Assembly: GCF_001194135.2 (NCBI RefSeq)
Contig: NC_068983.1
Location: 166,203,250 to 166,237,733 of the forward strand
Length of the DNA: 34,484 nucleotides
Reading direction: 5' to 3'
Source: Octopus bimaculoides
Taxonomy: Eukaryota
Both the position numbers and the translations under genes were made by a program. A model generated the notes under the pieces. It was given only the letters and a program-made list of their open reading frames with translations, did no database searches and was not told the origin of the DNA. Below, piece after piece: positions 10,025 to 20,680 of this stretch. Within the stretch, counting starts at the first letter, position 1. Each line of letters starts with the position of its first letter.

Positions 10025-10586
10025 AACAACTTAGCGAACCCTTTCCTGAGTCATGGCAAGAGGTCAAGTTCTGCTGCTATATGTATGGCTTTTCCAGTAT
10101 TTGTCCCTTGCATCTCTTGTATGAGTGGTAGCAAAAGTCCTCGTTCAGAACCAGCATCATGGTGACAATTCCAATAGCCACCTCACTTGCCAAATAGCCC
10201 AGGTGGTTTCCTTGCTTGAATCTTCCATCACCTTGTCTTGCAGTTGTTTGATGAACTCCAGCATGCAGACGTAGTGTGAACAACTGTTATGTTCTTCCTG
10301 TTGTTCATAGCTTCCTAGTCTCCGTTGCAGCTATCCATATCGCATCTTACAACCTTTGCAGTCTTTACAGAATATTGAGCAGCAGTCATGATGTTGGCAC
10401 TTTGATACCTGACAGGAATCATGATAAATGGGAACACTTTTTCAATATTCAGATGGTTCCAGTCCTCCATATCAGCTAGTTTTTACTCAACTATGACTTT
10501 AGTCTTTATGCTCTCCAACACTGTTGACTGTTTTCACTGAGAAAAGGAGACATAACGATAATAAAATTTAGCTGAAACACCCGATA
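10025..10586 (-). mobile_element. 5' portion of a Tc1/mariner (maT/DD37D-like) DNA transposon with disrupted transposase N-terminus
   Basis: Putative TIR TA-TCGGGTGTTTCAGCTAAATT (10565-10586, minus); ATG at 10470; translation ...NIMTAAQYSVKTAKVVRCDMDSCNGD*EA...RK / LEFIKQLQDKVMEDSSK / ...TMMLVLNEDFCYHSYKRCKGQIL resembles the HTH region of mariner-like transposases (..EF...Q....EDP....R.L......T....L.ED..Y.SY.R..GQ.L). Stops and frameshifts; no catalytic domain or second TIR seen. Confidence 0.7.
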
Positions 10587-11967
10587 CCTGAACTATAAAA
10601 GTCAATTTGGAAGTCACTTTGTACATAGCAGTTTACAGGGTTCTATATCGGAGAATTTCATAAGAAAGACATCAGAAAAACTTGAAATTGATCTATAACC
10701 AAATGTAAAAAAAATAATTTCATTTTTAATTTTCGGCCTCCAGAAATATTCATATATTCATTAATACCGGAATTTTTCTTGGGTTTTTCTTTTAATTGAG
10801 CTCCAAAATCATGGATTTCGATGTCTTTTGATAAATGATTCCTATGAAGATGCCAACAGTTATCTAATACCTTAAAATACAGCAAGTGCATCTTGTATTT
10901 CAGTAAAATAAACATCATCAGTTTCCTCTTTGTGTGGGTTCCTTGCCTTTATTTCTCTCCATAACCCTAATATTTACAGTGTGCGGCTGTTTGTTGTAAT
11001 AAATGACAGCAGGATGTAAGTATGATGGGAGCCGTTTTCCTCAGCTCTGATCTTATTGCCTTGAAGGGGAATCTAGAAAAGAGGAAACTTATTCCTACTG
11101 CAACACAATCTTTTTTTTTCAAAGTATCATCATCAAGAGAGAAGAAATATTACTATAAAGAAAATGAAGTGAAACTGGAGAATATAAAGACCAATATAAT
11201 AATCTACCAGTGGGGGAGAAAGTTTAAGACTATAAGAAGTGAAAATACTACGTCAGGAAATGAAACAAAATTTTTCCACTGGCAAAGTTATTAAAATCCA
11301 GATGCTTGTCTTACAAAGTGAGAGGAAAACAGAAATATCAGCATTTTAATGTTGTGTTACCCATTTTATAGTGCCATAATGTTCAAGTATGAAATTGCAG
11401 AAATCAGTTCTAAAATTTTTAAAAGAGAAATGTTAATCGTTATCTAAGTAATAAGAATGGAATATGAGCTTTATAAAATTCATTTCAATAGATCAAAAGG
11501 AAAATTCTAATATTATGAAGTAGGTTTCTGAAATTAATATCATTTGTTCATTTATTTTATGTCTGTTTTCCTATGCTAGTGTGGATTAGATAAACACAAA
11601 TTATTGAGGCATCGTTACACGTGGATGCCCTTCCTGTTGCTAACCCTTACCTGTTTTCAAATCAGGAACTTTCCATTCCACTTCAAAAATGGAAAGATAG
11701 AGGATGGGTCTTTGGAAAGGATTTGTTGACAAACAACACTATTTGTAGCTTAGTGTTTTTTTGTTTGGTTTTGTTTTCATACTAAAAATGAAATGTAGAC
11801 ATTCAGACAAACACACACACACACACACACACACACTTTGAATTTATGGCTGCCAAATTCACTGAGAGGGCATTATTCAGTCCAGAAGACACTTGTCCAA
11901 GGTGCTGTGCACTGAGACTGAACCCAAAACTTGGCACTTCAGAAGTCATACCAGCATCTATATCTTC

Positions 11968-12190
11968 ATAATCATCATCATCACCATCATCATCATTCAA
12001 TGTCTGTTTTCCATACTGGCATGGGTTGTATGGCTTGACAGGAACTGGTAAGGCCAGGGGCTACAACAGGTTCCATAGTCCGTTTCGACTTGGTTGGATG
12101 ACCTTCCTAATGCCAACCACTCTGCAGAGTATGTTGGGTGCCTTATATATAGCACCATCACCCACACCGATGCTTTTAACATGACACCTT
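11968..12190 (-). mobile_element. Family A repeat
   Basis: (CAT)n tail then TTTTCCATACTGGCATGGGTTG...GGATGACCTTCCTAATGCCAACCACTCTGCAGAG. Confidence 0.75.
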
Positions 12191-12391
12191 GGGTTTAGGA
12201 TTCTGCTGTGGTCAGTGGGTCTTCTCGAGTACAGCATAGATATATGTAATAGTTTCAGCCAATTGATTGTTAATGACAACAATTTACAAAAACCCAGACC
12301 AGGAACAAAAAAAAAAAATGGTAATGATAAGAATTAAAAAAGAATGAAACTTTTGTAATCAATACCTCTGGTGGGTTCATAAATATAGAAA

Positions 12392-12393
<2 letters not shown>

Positions 12394-12447
<54 letters not shown>
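12394..12447. repeat. (GT)n microsatellite, ~27 units
   Basis: Uninterrupted GT run. Confidence 0.95.
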
Positions 12448-12449
<2 letters not shown>

Positions 12450-14427
12450 TGTCTAAGTGTTTAAAAGTACTTTAGGAAACTCTAATAGCAGCTAACTGGT
12501 AAATATGATAGCATGTGACATATATACACAGAAGACAGGTAACATCTTTAAATAGAAAAATAATAATGATTAATGTAGGAGGCAGAGCCAATGATAGTGT
12601 AATCTCAAAGACATGAAACAAATAGATATAGTGAAGTTTCTTTGCATCATAATCAGGTAAGAATTTCGGCAATTTTTAAATTTTTGTTATGTATCTAGAA
12701 ATGTATTTGGCAGAAAAGAGAAAAATTAGGGGTATGATATGATGTAAGTGGGGCCTATGCAATAAAAGTAGAGTGTTGGTAGCATCTGGAAAGAAACAAG
12801 ATGGGTATCGGCTGCTGAATATGTCATGTTAATCTAACAGAGACTGCTGTGATACAAAGTTATGATGGAAAATGAATAATCTCCGAGTGATAATTAAAAG
12901 AGAAATCTGATTCAGAAAGTGTCTGGAGATTAAACTATATAGAATGAATTAGTTGAACAGGAATAACGAGGTGTGTTTGTTGGAAATCAAAGTGAAAAAC
13001 TAAGTAATTGGAGTTAATATATTCTTCAGCATTTAGGACAGGTGTGCTGGTCGACATAGTAAACCAAGATTTAATACTTCACTAGATCTTGTTTAGTGCC
13101 TCAGGGTTCTGAGCTGAAATTCAGTTGGGACCGCTTTAACATTATATAATCTGCAATAGATAACATCTGTACAAATAATGTACTGGAGTTGCATCAAATA
13201 ATTTGGCTTGTTACTGACACAAAATATCAGTGTACAGCCTAAGAAAGAAAGCAATATTTGCTCTGAATTTCCCCAAATTACCTCATATACACAGGATAGA
13301 ATATTAAACAGATTCATCATCATCATCAATATCACCACCACATGTGGCCACTAGAATGAAAACCTAACAGTCTAAAATCTGACCACAGCAAAAGAAATCA
13401 ACATAAAACTGCAGACAAGGAAGCTTAATGGAATTATAAAAAAAAATAAAAACTTTGGTAGAAAAAAGTCTTGAAGATTTCAAATAAGTATATAATAAAT
13501 AACAAAACACAAAATCTACTCAATTCTTGAAAATGAGACGACATGTCTAATATGAATTTAGGGACTTTATTGTTCTAAAGTAGCTGTAGACACCCCCAAA
13601 AAACAAGAAAATGTGAAAAATTTAAAACAAAAAAGATAAAACTTGAAGACAGTCATGTATTTAATGAAACAAGTTTTTTGGAAAAAGCTGTTCCTATGTA
13701 TAAAAATATAAGTCACTAATTTGAATTTATTTGATAGTTTTCTTGCTTTTCAATTTAGCAGAGAAAATATTTATGAAACTTAGTATTTCACAAGATACAC
13801 AAACAGAATTTCAAGGATTGAATAAAGTTTTGTTGCAAAGAAAACAAGTAAAGGTTTTCTTCTACACAGCACAAATCTACAAATAATCTTTAGTACCAGC
13901 TGAAGAAAAAGAAGTTAAAGTATGATTTTCTAATGCTAATGAATACTTAATTCATGCAGAAAAATGACTAAACAGAGAAATACACAGCCAGCTTTTATCA
14001 GTTGATTTTCTAGGAGGAGTAACATAGAAACGTCAGAAGAAAAATACAAAAATACAGTGTTTTCAATAAAACTTCTATTTGTAACTAAAACAAATAAAGA
14101 AAACTCTACAATTGCAGTTGGCAGCTAGGAAAGGAATTGGTTTGAAACGTGAAATATGACTGTAGAAAATCACCATTATTGGTTTCATGACACAACGATG
14201 CCACAATAATAATGCGTGTTCTGGCATAATTAAAATGACAATCTGTATCAAGTAAAAAACTAAGATAAATCGTTTCCTGAATATTTCCTTTTATCATTTA
14301 CATGTAAATATGTGTCTATCAACACAAATGTCATGTTATTTCATCTTCTAAAATCTCAAATTATCTTTAAACTTTAGTCTTCCTTCGCCTCTCTTTCCCT
14401 TTATCATATAGACCAGTTTTTCAAGAC

Positions 14428-14578
14428 GGCGAGCTGGCAGAAACGCTTCACAGTATTTCATCTGTCTTTACGTTCTGAGTTTAAATTCCGCAGAGGTCGA
14501 CTTTCATCCTTTTGGGGTTGATAAATTAAGTACCAGTTGCGTAATAGGGTTCATCTAATTGACTGGCCTCCTCCCCCA
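14428..14578 (+). mobile_element. Family B SINE (internally deleted)
   Basis: GGCGAGCTGGCAGAAACG...GAGTTTAAATTCCGCAGAGGTCGACTTTCATCCTTTTGGGGTTGATAAATTAAGTACCAG. Confidence 0.85.
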
Positions 14579-14699
14579 GCAGATCATGTTCAATTATTAA
14601 ATTCCCTACCTTCTATTTATTGGAAAAACTTTTTTTTCAGTACCATACACTATAATATTTATTACATTCAAGGTGTTTCTCACACAGACAATAATTCCA

Positions 14700-14830
14700 G
14701 AAACCTCACTTCACAGAAACACCTCTTAGCCTATAAATCACTCAACATGACACAACTTTCATACCTTAATAGTCTTTTAAAATCCATTAACCTACATCTC
14801 ACTTCTTTACAACCTAACACATGAAGTTAC
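14700..14830 (+). mobile_element. Possible L2/CR1-group LINE ORF2 C-terminal remnant
   Basis: Translation KHLLAYKSLNMTQLSYLNSLL resembles the L2 motif KILLLTYK.L....PSYLSSLL; short match only. Confidence 0.4.
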
Positions 14831-16088
14831 AAAACTATGTAGGAACATCCAAGCTAGAAATCCTTCATCATGCTGAAAATAACAACTAAATCTCCCTTAT
14901 TATTGTCTTCAACAAAGACTACATAAGAAAATGTAAGCCTAGAGGCACCATGGTGGGATAGTCACAGCTGTAACCTCTTTGGTTTGCACAACTTTTCAAT
15001 AATAGTTTGTGTTTTACAAACTTGCTAAAAATATGGCTTCTGTGCCTCTCAGCTCTAACTTATTCCTAAACATTATCTAATGTCAATTGCAAATATAACT
15101 GCACTCATCTTGATTTGAACTTGTCACTGTGTTGTTCAACTCATGAATTAAAAACTGAGGCCAAATTTATTATTTTCAAAGAATTTAATTCATTTTCTGA
15201 AAGCAACTGTTATAAATCATAGAAAAACAGAAGCAACAACAGCTAAAATTTTACTAGTTTAGAACAGTTTGGTCCGTGAAAGGGAATATATAATAAAAGA
15301 GTCTAAAAGTGTATATCAGAAAATAGAGACGCCAAACTCAAATATATGAAAACTGTACGTAAGGGCAAACAGTGAGCACATTCTGTATCTACAAGAGAAA
15401 AACATTAGAGGAATTGAAGAATAACTGACATTTTTTAAAGTTCTGGATTAGATTTGATGCACACACACACACACAGCGCTTACCACTGATCCTGATCAGA
15501 GAGTACATTCACGTAGTTGGATAATTGATAGCAGAACTCATAAAGCCTTCAGATATAAACCAATGAAAGAGAACAAAGTGCACTGAACAACATGGAAACC
15601 ATCTGCCGACATTTAGAGGTCAAAGCTTGAAGTGAATACAGGCTAACATTACATTGCTGTTGATATCTCAACTCAACAAGTATTAGATAAAGAAAGAGAA
15701 ACAAGACAGAAGATGTGTATTAAGGAAAGATTATTTCACTGATCTCACCTGTTCAATAACTGCCTAAACAACATACAGTAAAGATGTCTAAAGGTTTACT
15801 ACTTTTAAGGAATTTTTTTCATCATTCTTTAGCTTTTCATCATAAAAAAAATATTGTTTTGCTTGTTCGTTTTCCTCTGTTTCATTAGACTAAACAGTCT
15901 TCCCAAAATATAATTTAGACTTAAAACTATTTCTTGATATTTGTATAATCTAACAAAGTACATACATAATTGATTACCTCATCCAGCCAGTTTCCTATTT
16001 GCCAGTTTTTTTTTCAAAATTATTGTTGTTTTCCTTCCTGCTTTCCTATTCAATGTTGTGTCATGCAAAATTACTAATCTACTCTTAT

Positions 16089-16312
16089 TTAACTCCTTTG
16101 GTACCAACCCGCCAGAGATTGTCTCTGGTTCTATAACACAAACTTACTGTTTTAAAATTATTGAAATTAAAATCTTCTGTCAAAGTTTCACATCCATTCA
16201 TATTCTAAATGTCAGATAAACAATGAACAACTTATTTTACTAAGTTCATTATTTTAAAAATTGATTGCAACAAAGGCAATGTGTTTTAGCAGAAATATTT
16301 TGTCAACAAAAA
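16089..16312 (+). mobile_element. piggyBac-type MITE copy 2 (more diverged)
   Basis: TTAA-CTCCTTTGGTACCAAC...GGTTCTATAAC...CAGAAATAT; homologous to 3110-3334; right TIR eroded. Confidence 0.55.
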
Positions 16313-17544
16313 TCTTTGGAAAATATTAAGAAAATTAAACTACCAAGTGAAATTTATTTGACACCAAAATTGAATATATGTGTAGTTTTTTAAGTATTTT
16401 CAATTAGTGTATTTTGAATTTGTAAAATGTCTTTGTTTTTTTATATCAAGACTTTCAAATGCAACAAATCAAAAAATATCTCAAGATCTATATAATGTTC
16501 ATATTAATGATATCCTGAAAATTGCTGAATATGAAAAAATTACATTAATAAACTTAGTAACCATAGAGCACTTAACTTTTACACTGTTAAATTGAAACTA
16601 ATGTTTAGAAGTTAGAACTGTATGGTGTTTTCATCATCATCGTTCACATCTTTAATTAATTCCAAACAATTTCTATTTGATATCATTTGATTAATCTCTG
16701 ATTACCAATCAACCACTAAATAAGACTACATGAAATGTCCAAGCCGATAAAATTAGCTGTGTTGAGGAACTCTCACCCATTGGCTGTTATTGCTAAATTT
16801 ATTCACATCCTTATATTTCAATTTTTCTAAAAAAAAAAAAACAAGTAAATCCTATTTGCCAACAATCTTTCTGCCACACTGCCACATTTCTGACACACAC
16901 AAACCTCAAAACGGATAAATTAACTAACGTCTTCTTATTAAAATAATCTTTTGCCCCAAAGCAAAAAATGCAGTAAACCGAACCTCAAACAGGAAATAAT
17001 TATTATTATTATCATCATCATCATTATTGCACGTATAACAATTTCTCATTGTAACTTTAACTGAAAATCTTTTCTGTAAGGAATATTGGATTCTAATGCT
17101 TTTTGTTCCATATATTCAAGATGATTTTATTAGAGATGCTATAATAATAATAATGTACTCTAATGGCAATCAACACTAGAATTTTTTGATTTCCAAGGCA
17201 TGAAAAATGCATCACTTCTTTAAACAGAGATCTCTTCTAAAGATATCCTTCAATGAGATACCAAGTTTCATTTAACAACATCTTGATGTAGTAACCACCC
17301 ATATCAAGGAAAGAACCAGACCACTACACCTATCAAATTCTTGAGTAAACTATAAAAACTTTACAAATACCCCAGACCTGATAATCTCTGATATTATTTT
17401 TCAGTAACCACAAATCAATAACCCAAAACTACATCTTAAAGTTTAAGGCCACAAACCTCAGTAATATAAATAGTTGTTGATCTTCTACAAAACACCAATG
17501 TCACTTCTACTAGAATACTGAATGCATTTTGGACTAAAGAAGCT

Positions 17545-17660
17545 GTTGTGTGTGCGGCACTTTGGGCAAGTGCCTTCTACAAATAGCCTTGGAATGACCA
17601 ATTCTTTGTGAGGGAATTTCCTAGATGGAAATTACAAGGAAGCTCTTTGTAGATGTGTGC
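17545..17660 (+). mobile_element. Family C SINE 3' part
   Basis: GGCACTTTGGGCAAGTGCCTTCTAC...GATGGAAATTACAAGGAAGC followed by (GT)n. Confidence 0.65.
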
Positions 17661-18068
17661 ATGTGTGTGTGTGTATATATCTATGTGTATATCTGTGTGT
17701 GTGTGTGTGTAAAAACCATTTCATTCCCCTTCGAAAAAGTCCTTCGTTCAATGGAATTGTGAATGTCTCCACATCACCTTGCTGCTTGCTCCTTCACATA
17801 TTCTGCCCCTCCCTAATTTCTACCATTTCTACTACCCGTCCTTCACCTCTCAGCTCGGATGCTCTGTGCCACCTCAAATGCATCACCATCGATGTCATTA
17901 TAATTGGTATTGCCATTGCTGTCGTCATCACAACATAGATGACAATGACAACAATCATGATGCTAGCAGTGATGACGAAGACACTGTTGGCAGTCCCAGT
18001 GTCTCTACTACAGATGATGAAGACAGTGATGACAATGCTGAGGCTTCGTCTATTATAGTATAATGAAA

Positions 18069-18293
18069 GGTGGCAATCTGGCAGAACCGTCAGCACGCCG
18101 GGTGACAGGCTTGGCAGTGTTTCACCCATCTCTCCGATCTGAGTTCAAATTCCGCCGAGGTCAACTTTGCCTTTCATCCTTTCAGGGTTGATAAATTAAG
18201 AACCAGTGAAACACTGGGGTTGATGTAATTGACTAATCCCCTCCCCACAAATTTCAGGCCTTGTGCCTAGAGTAGAAAGGATTATAGTATAAT
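18069..18293 (+). mobile_element. Full-length family B tRNA-derived SINE (best copy in window)
   Basis: Head GGTGGCAATCTGGCAGAACCGTCAGCACGCCGGG, B-box GAGTTCAAATTCC, GCCTTTCATCCTTTCAGGGTTGATAAATTAAG core (Meta-domain-like from memory), tail GGCCTTGTGCCTAGAGTAGAAAGGATTAT. Confidence 0.85.
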
Positions 18294-19344
18294 GAAAACA
18301 ATTCTTGTGAATCCTCACACGAAAGTTCCTGAAAATATTTTATGCAACTGAATATTTTTATAAATGGCTTGAGTGGTTATTAAAGATATTTTCTTCATGG
18401 ATTTTAAAATCAAGGAACAAAGCAAACTTAAAACAAAGGTAAAAAAAATGCATCAAAAACTTTATAAAACATTTGTGAAATATAAGCACATAAGGTTGTT
18501 TTCTTTTCAAAACAAAAATAACAATTTGATTTTGAAAAGAATTTCCTGGTGAAATCATTCTGGGTAGTATATTGAATTAATTTATTGAACTAATTAACTA
18601 ATTATACATTAAATTTTTAAATGAAATAGTGTTATATATCGAAAAAATGAACAAACATGAATATCACACACACACAATGGGTGTATTTTAGTGCAGAGAT
18701 TAGTTTATACCTGGAAATAGAAAAATGAAAACATGTTTTTGAAGCATGAGCAGGGATATGTTATCAGATCCAATTAAAATTTTCAAGGCAGCTAATCTAG
18801 TTTATATGTAATTAAGCTTACAAATACTAAACTAACAAATCCTTCCCACTTAAAAGATATTTATTAAATTAAAACCAACATAAAAATAAGGAAACATGAA
18901 AACAAGTAAGGTCTGACTAACAGCAGCAAAAAGGAGTCAGTACCAATATCAGCATCACCATCATGATCATCATCATCATTTCCACTATCACCACCATCAT
19001 CATCATCTCTGCCATCATTCTCAACATCATCATCAACCACAACCACTTCATTTTACATAATTCTTACCCTCATCTTGCCCTCTGCTATGACCCTTTGACA
19101 TCCACCAAATACGACATTGCAAATTTCCAATTATAATGTATGTCATGTTGATAAGCATTCCCCTCCCATCCCACCCCTTTTTTTATTTGTTTGTTTATGG
19201 CTGTCCCCCACCTTGCCCTTCCTGGGTATGGAAGTTACAGATATTCTAACTCTTACGAAAAACATTTGCAAAATATTTCATTTTTATTACCTGCTGAATA
19301 AGTTTAAACTAGCCTATATCATTAAATTATTTCATTACAGCTCA

Positions 19345-19620
19345 TCCTCACCATTTAACATCTGTATTCCATGATTACACCGGCTGGATGGCTTGACAAA
19401 ACCTAACAGGTCAGGGGACTGCATTGTGCTCCAATTGTCTGCTTTGACAGGGTGTTTCTTTCATGTCACTGGTACTAGTGAGGTTAGCAAGTAGCTTGCA
19501 GGATAAGACTCCTTGATTGATGGGAGTACTGAGGGGGCTCAGTTCTTAGTCTCCTTCTGTTCCTCATAGACCTCCAGTTTAAAACTAGGTACACGTGGGA
19601 ACTTCTCTGTGCTGGTAGTC
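19345..19620 (-). mobile_element. Diverged family A / RTE 3' end
   Basis: CATTTAACATCTGTATTCCATG...GGATGGCTTGAC...GCTCCA matches the family A reverse complement. Confidence 0.55.
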
Positions 19621-19933
19621 TTCTTCTATATACATTAAAAGTCTTGCAGCAAAAAAAAAAAGATTCTTTTTTGAAATGGTGAAGTAACTATTCTCATTTC
19701 ATTTTCAATATTTTGTTAAAACTAATGTCCTTGAAGATAGAGTTACCTTTCAAAAATAGAAGTGAAAATATAACAAAACAAAAACCCTGTTAGAAACTGT
19801 CATGAAAGAAAGAGGGCAGGAATAGGATTACTGATTATGAAGTAAGAGATATGCTGAAATGGGAGAACAATATTCAGCTTGAAGTAGATGACGACGACAA
19901 CAACAGCAACAATAACAGTGCAATCATTAGATC

Positions 19934-20275
19934 AGACATCAGAAACCTGATGTTGTTGCAGTGAACAAAAAAAGGAAAAACTTGCATGATAGTTGACATA
20001 ACATGTCCTGGTAACCGAGACGGGGGGGGGGGGAAACAACTATAATGGTTTGAAGTGGGAAATACACAAGTTGTGGGCAAAGAAGAGAGTGGACATGATA
20101 CCAATAGTAATTGGTATGCTTGGAAGTATCAGCACTCAACTACCGACACGGCTCAAAAAAATTGGTACAAATGTAAAGATAGAATGCCTACAAAGATCAG
20201 CATTGCTTGGAACTGCAAGAGTTCCAGTAGGGTTCTTGAAGCATGACCAGTAAAATAAGCTGAGAGTTTTCATCA

Positions 20276-20306
<31 letters not shown>

Positions 20307-20325
20307 GTTGTAGCAGTAGGAGCAA
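19934..20325 (+). mobile_element. 3' end of an R4-clade (RLE-type) non-LTR retrotransposon with (TAA)n tail
   Basis: Translation RHQKPDVVAVNKKRK/TCMIVDITCPGNRD.../YNGLKWEIHKLWAKKRVDMIPIVIGMLGSISTQLPTRLKKIGTNVKIECLQRSALLGTARV/RVLEA* matches the PD..D restriction-like endonuclease and the ..PVVIGALG...LQK.ALLGTARILR.VL C-terminus of R4-clade elements; frameshifts present; (TAA)n at ~20276-20325. Confidence 0.85.
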
Positions 20326-20544
20326 TAGTAGTAATAATTTCTTATAACTGCCACCAGGGTGAGGGGTAAGGAGGATGATACAAAGTATATAACATGTGAG
20401 GATTTACATAGAATGATGAAGAAAATAAAGTAAAGTTGTCATTGTTGTAGAATGTAGTGAAGCAGATTGTTGTATGTGTCAATGAATGGTGACACTGACA
20501 TTATGCAGATGAAGATTAAAATGTTCATACTAAATAAATGATAA

Positions 20545-20680
20545 TTTCATATCTTGGCACGGGGCCAGCTATTTCTGAGGGGAGGGAAGTCAGTTACATC
20601 AGCCTCCATATTTCAGGGTGAAAGCAAAGTTGACCTTGGCAGTATTTGAACTCAGAATGTAAAGAGTCGACACAAAGCAT
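20545..20680 (-). mobile_element. Family B SINE, diverged and deleted
   Basis: TTGGCACGGGGCCAGC...GAAAGCAAAGTTGACCTTGGCAGTATTTGAACTCAGAATGTA. Confidence 0.7.

Noticed and set aside
17779-18129. Acidic D/E/S-rich ORF (DDNDNNHDASSDDEDT...)
   Set aside because: It derives from a decayed (GAT/GAC)n trinucleotide repeat next to a SINE; overlapping frames are open on both strands and there is no splice context.
18069-18155. tRNA-like A/B-box sequences
   Set aside because: They are SINE heads; no acceptor stem or anticodon arm of a true tRNA gene can be formed.
20050-20253. 67-aa ORF as a stand-alone gene
   Set aside because: It is part of the frameshifted R4-clade endonuclease remnant.
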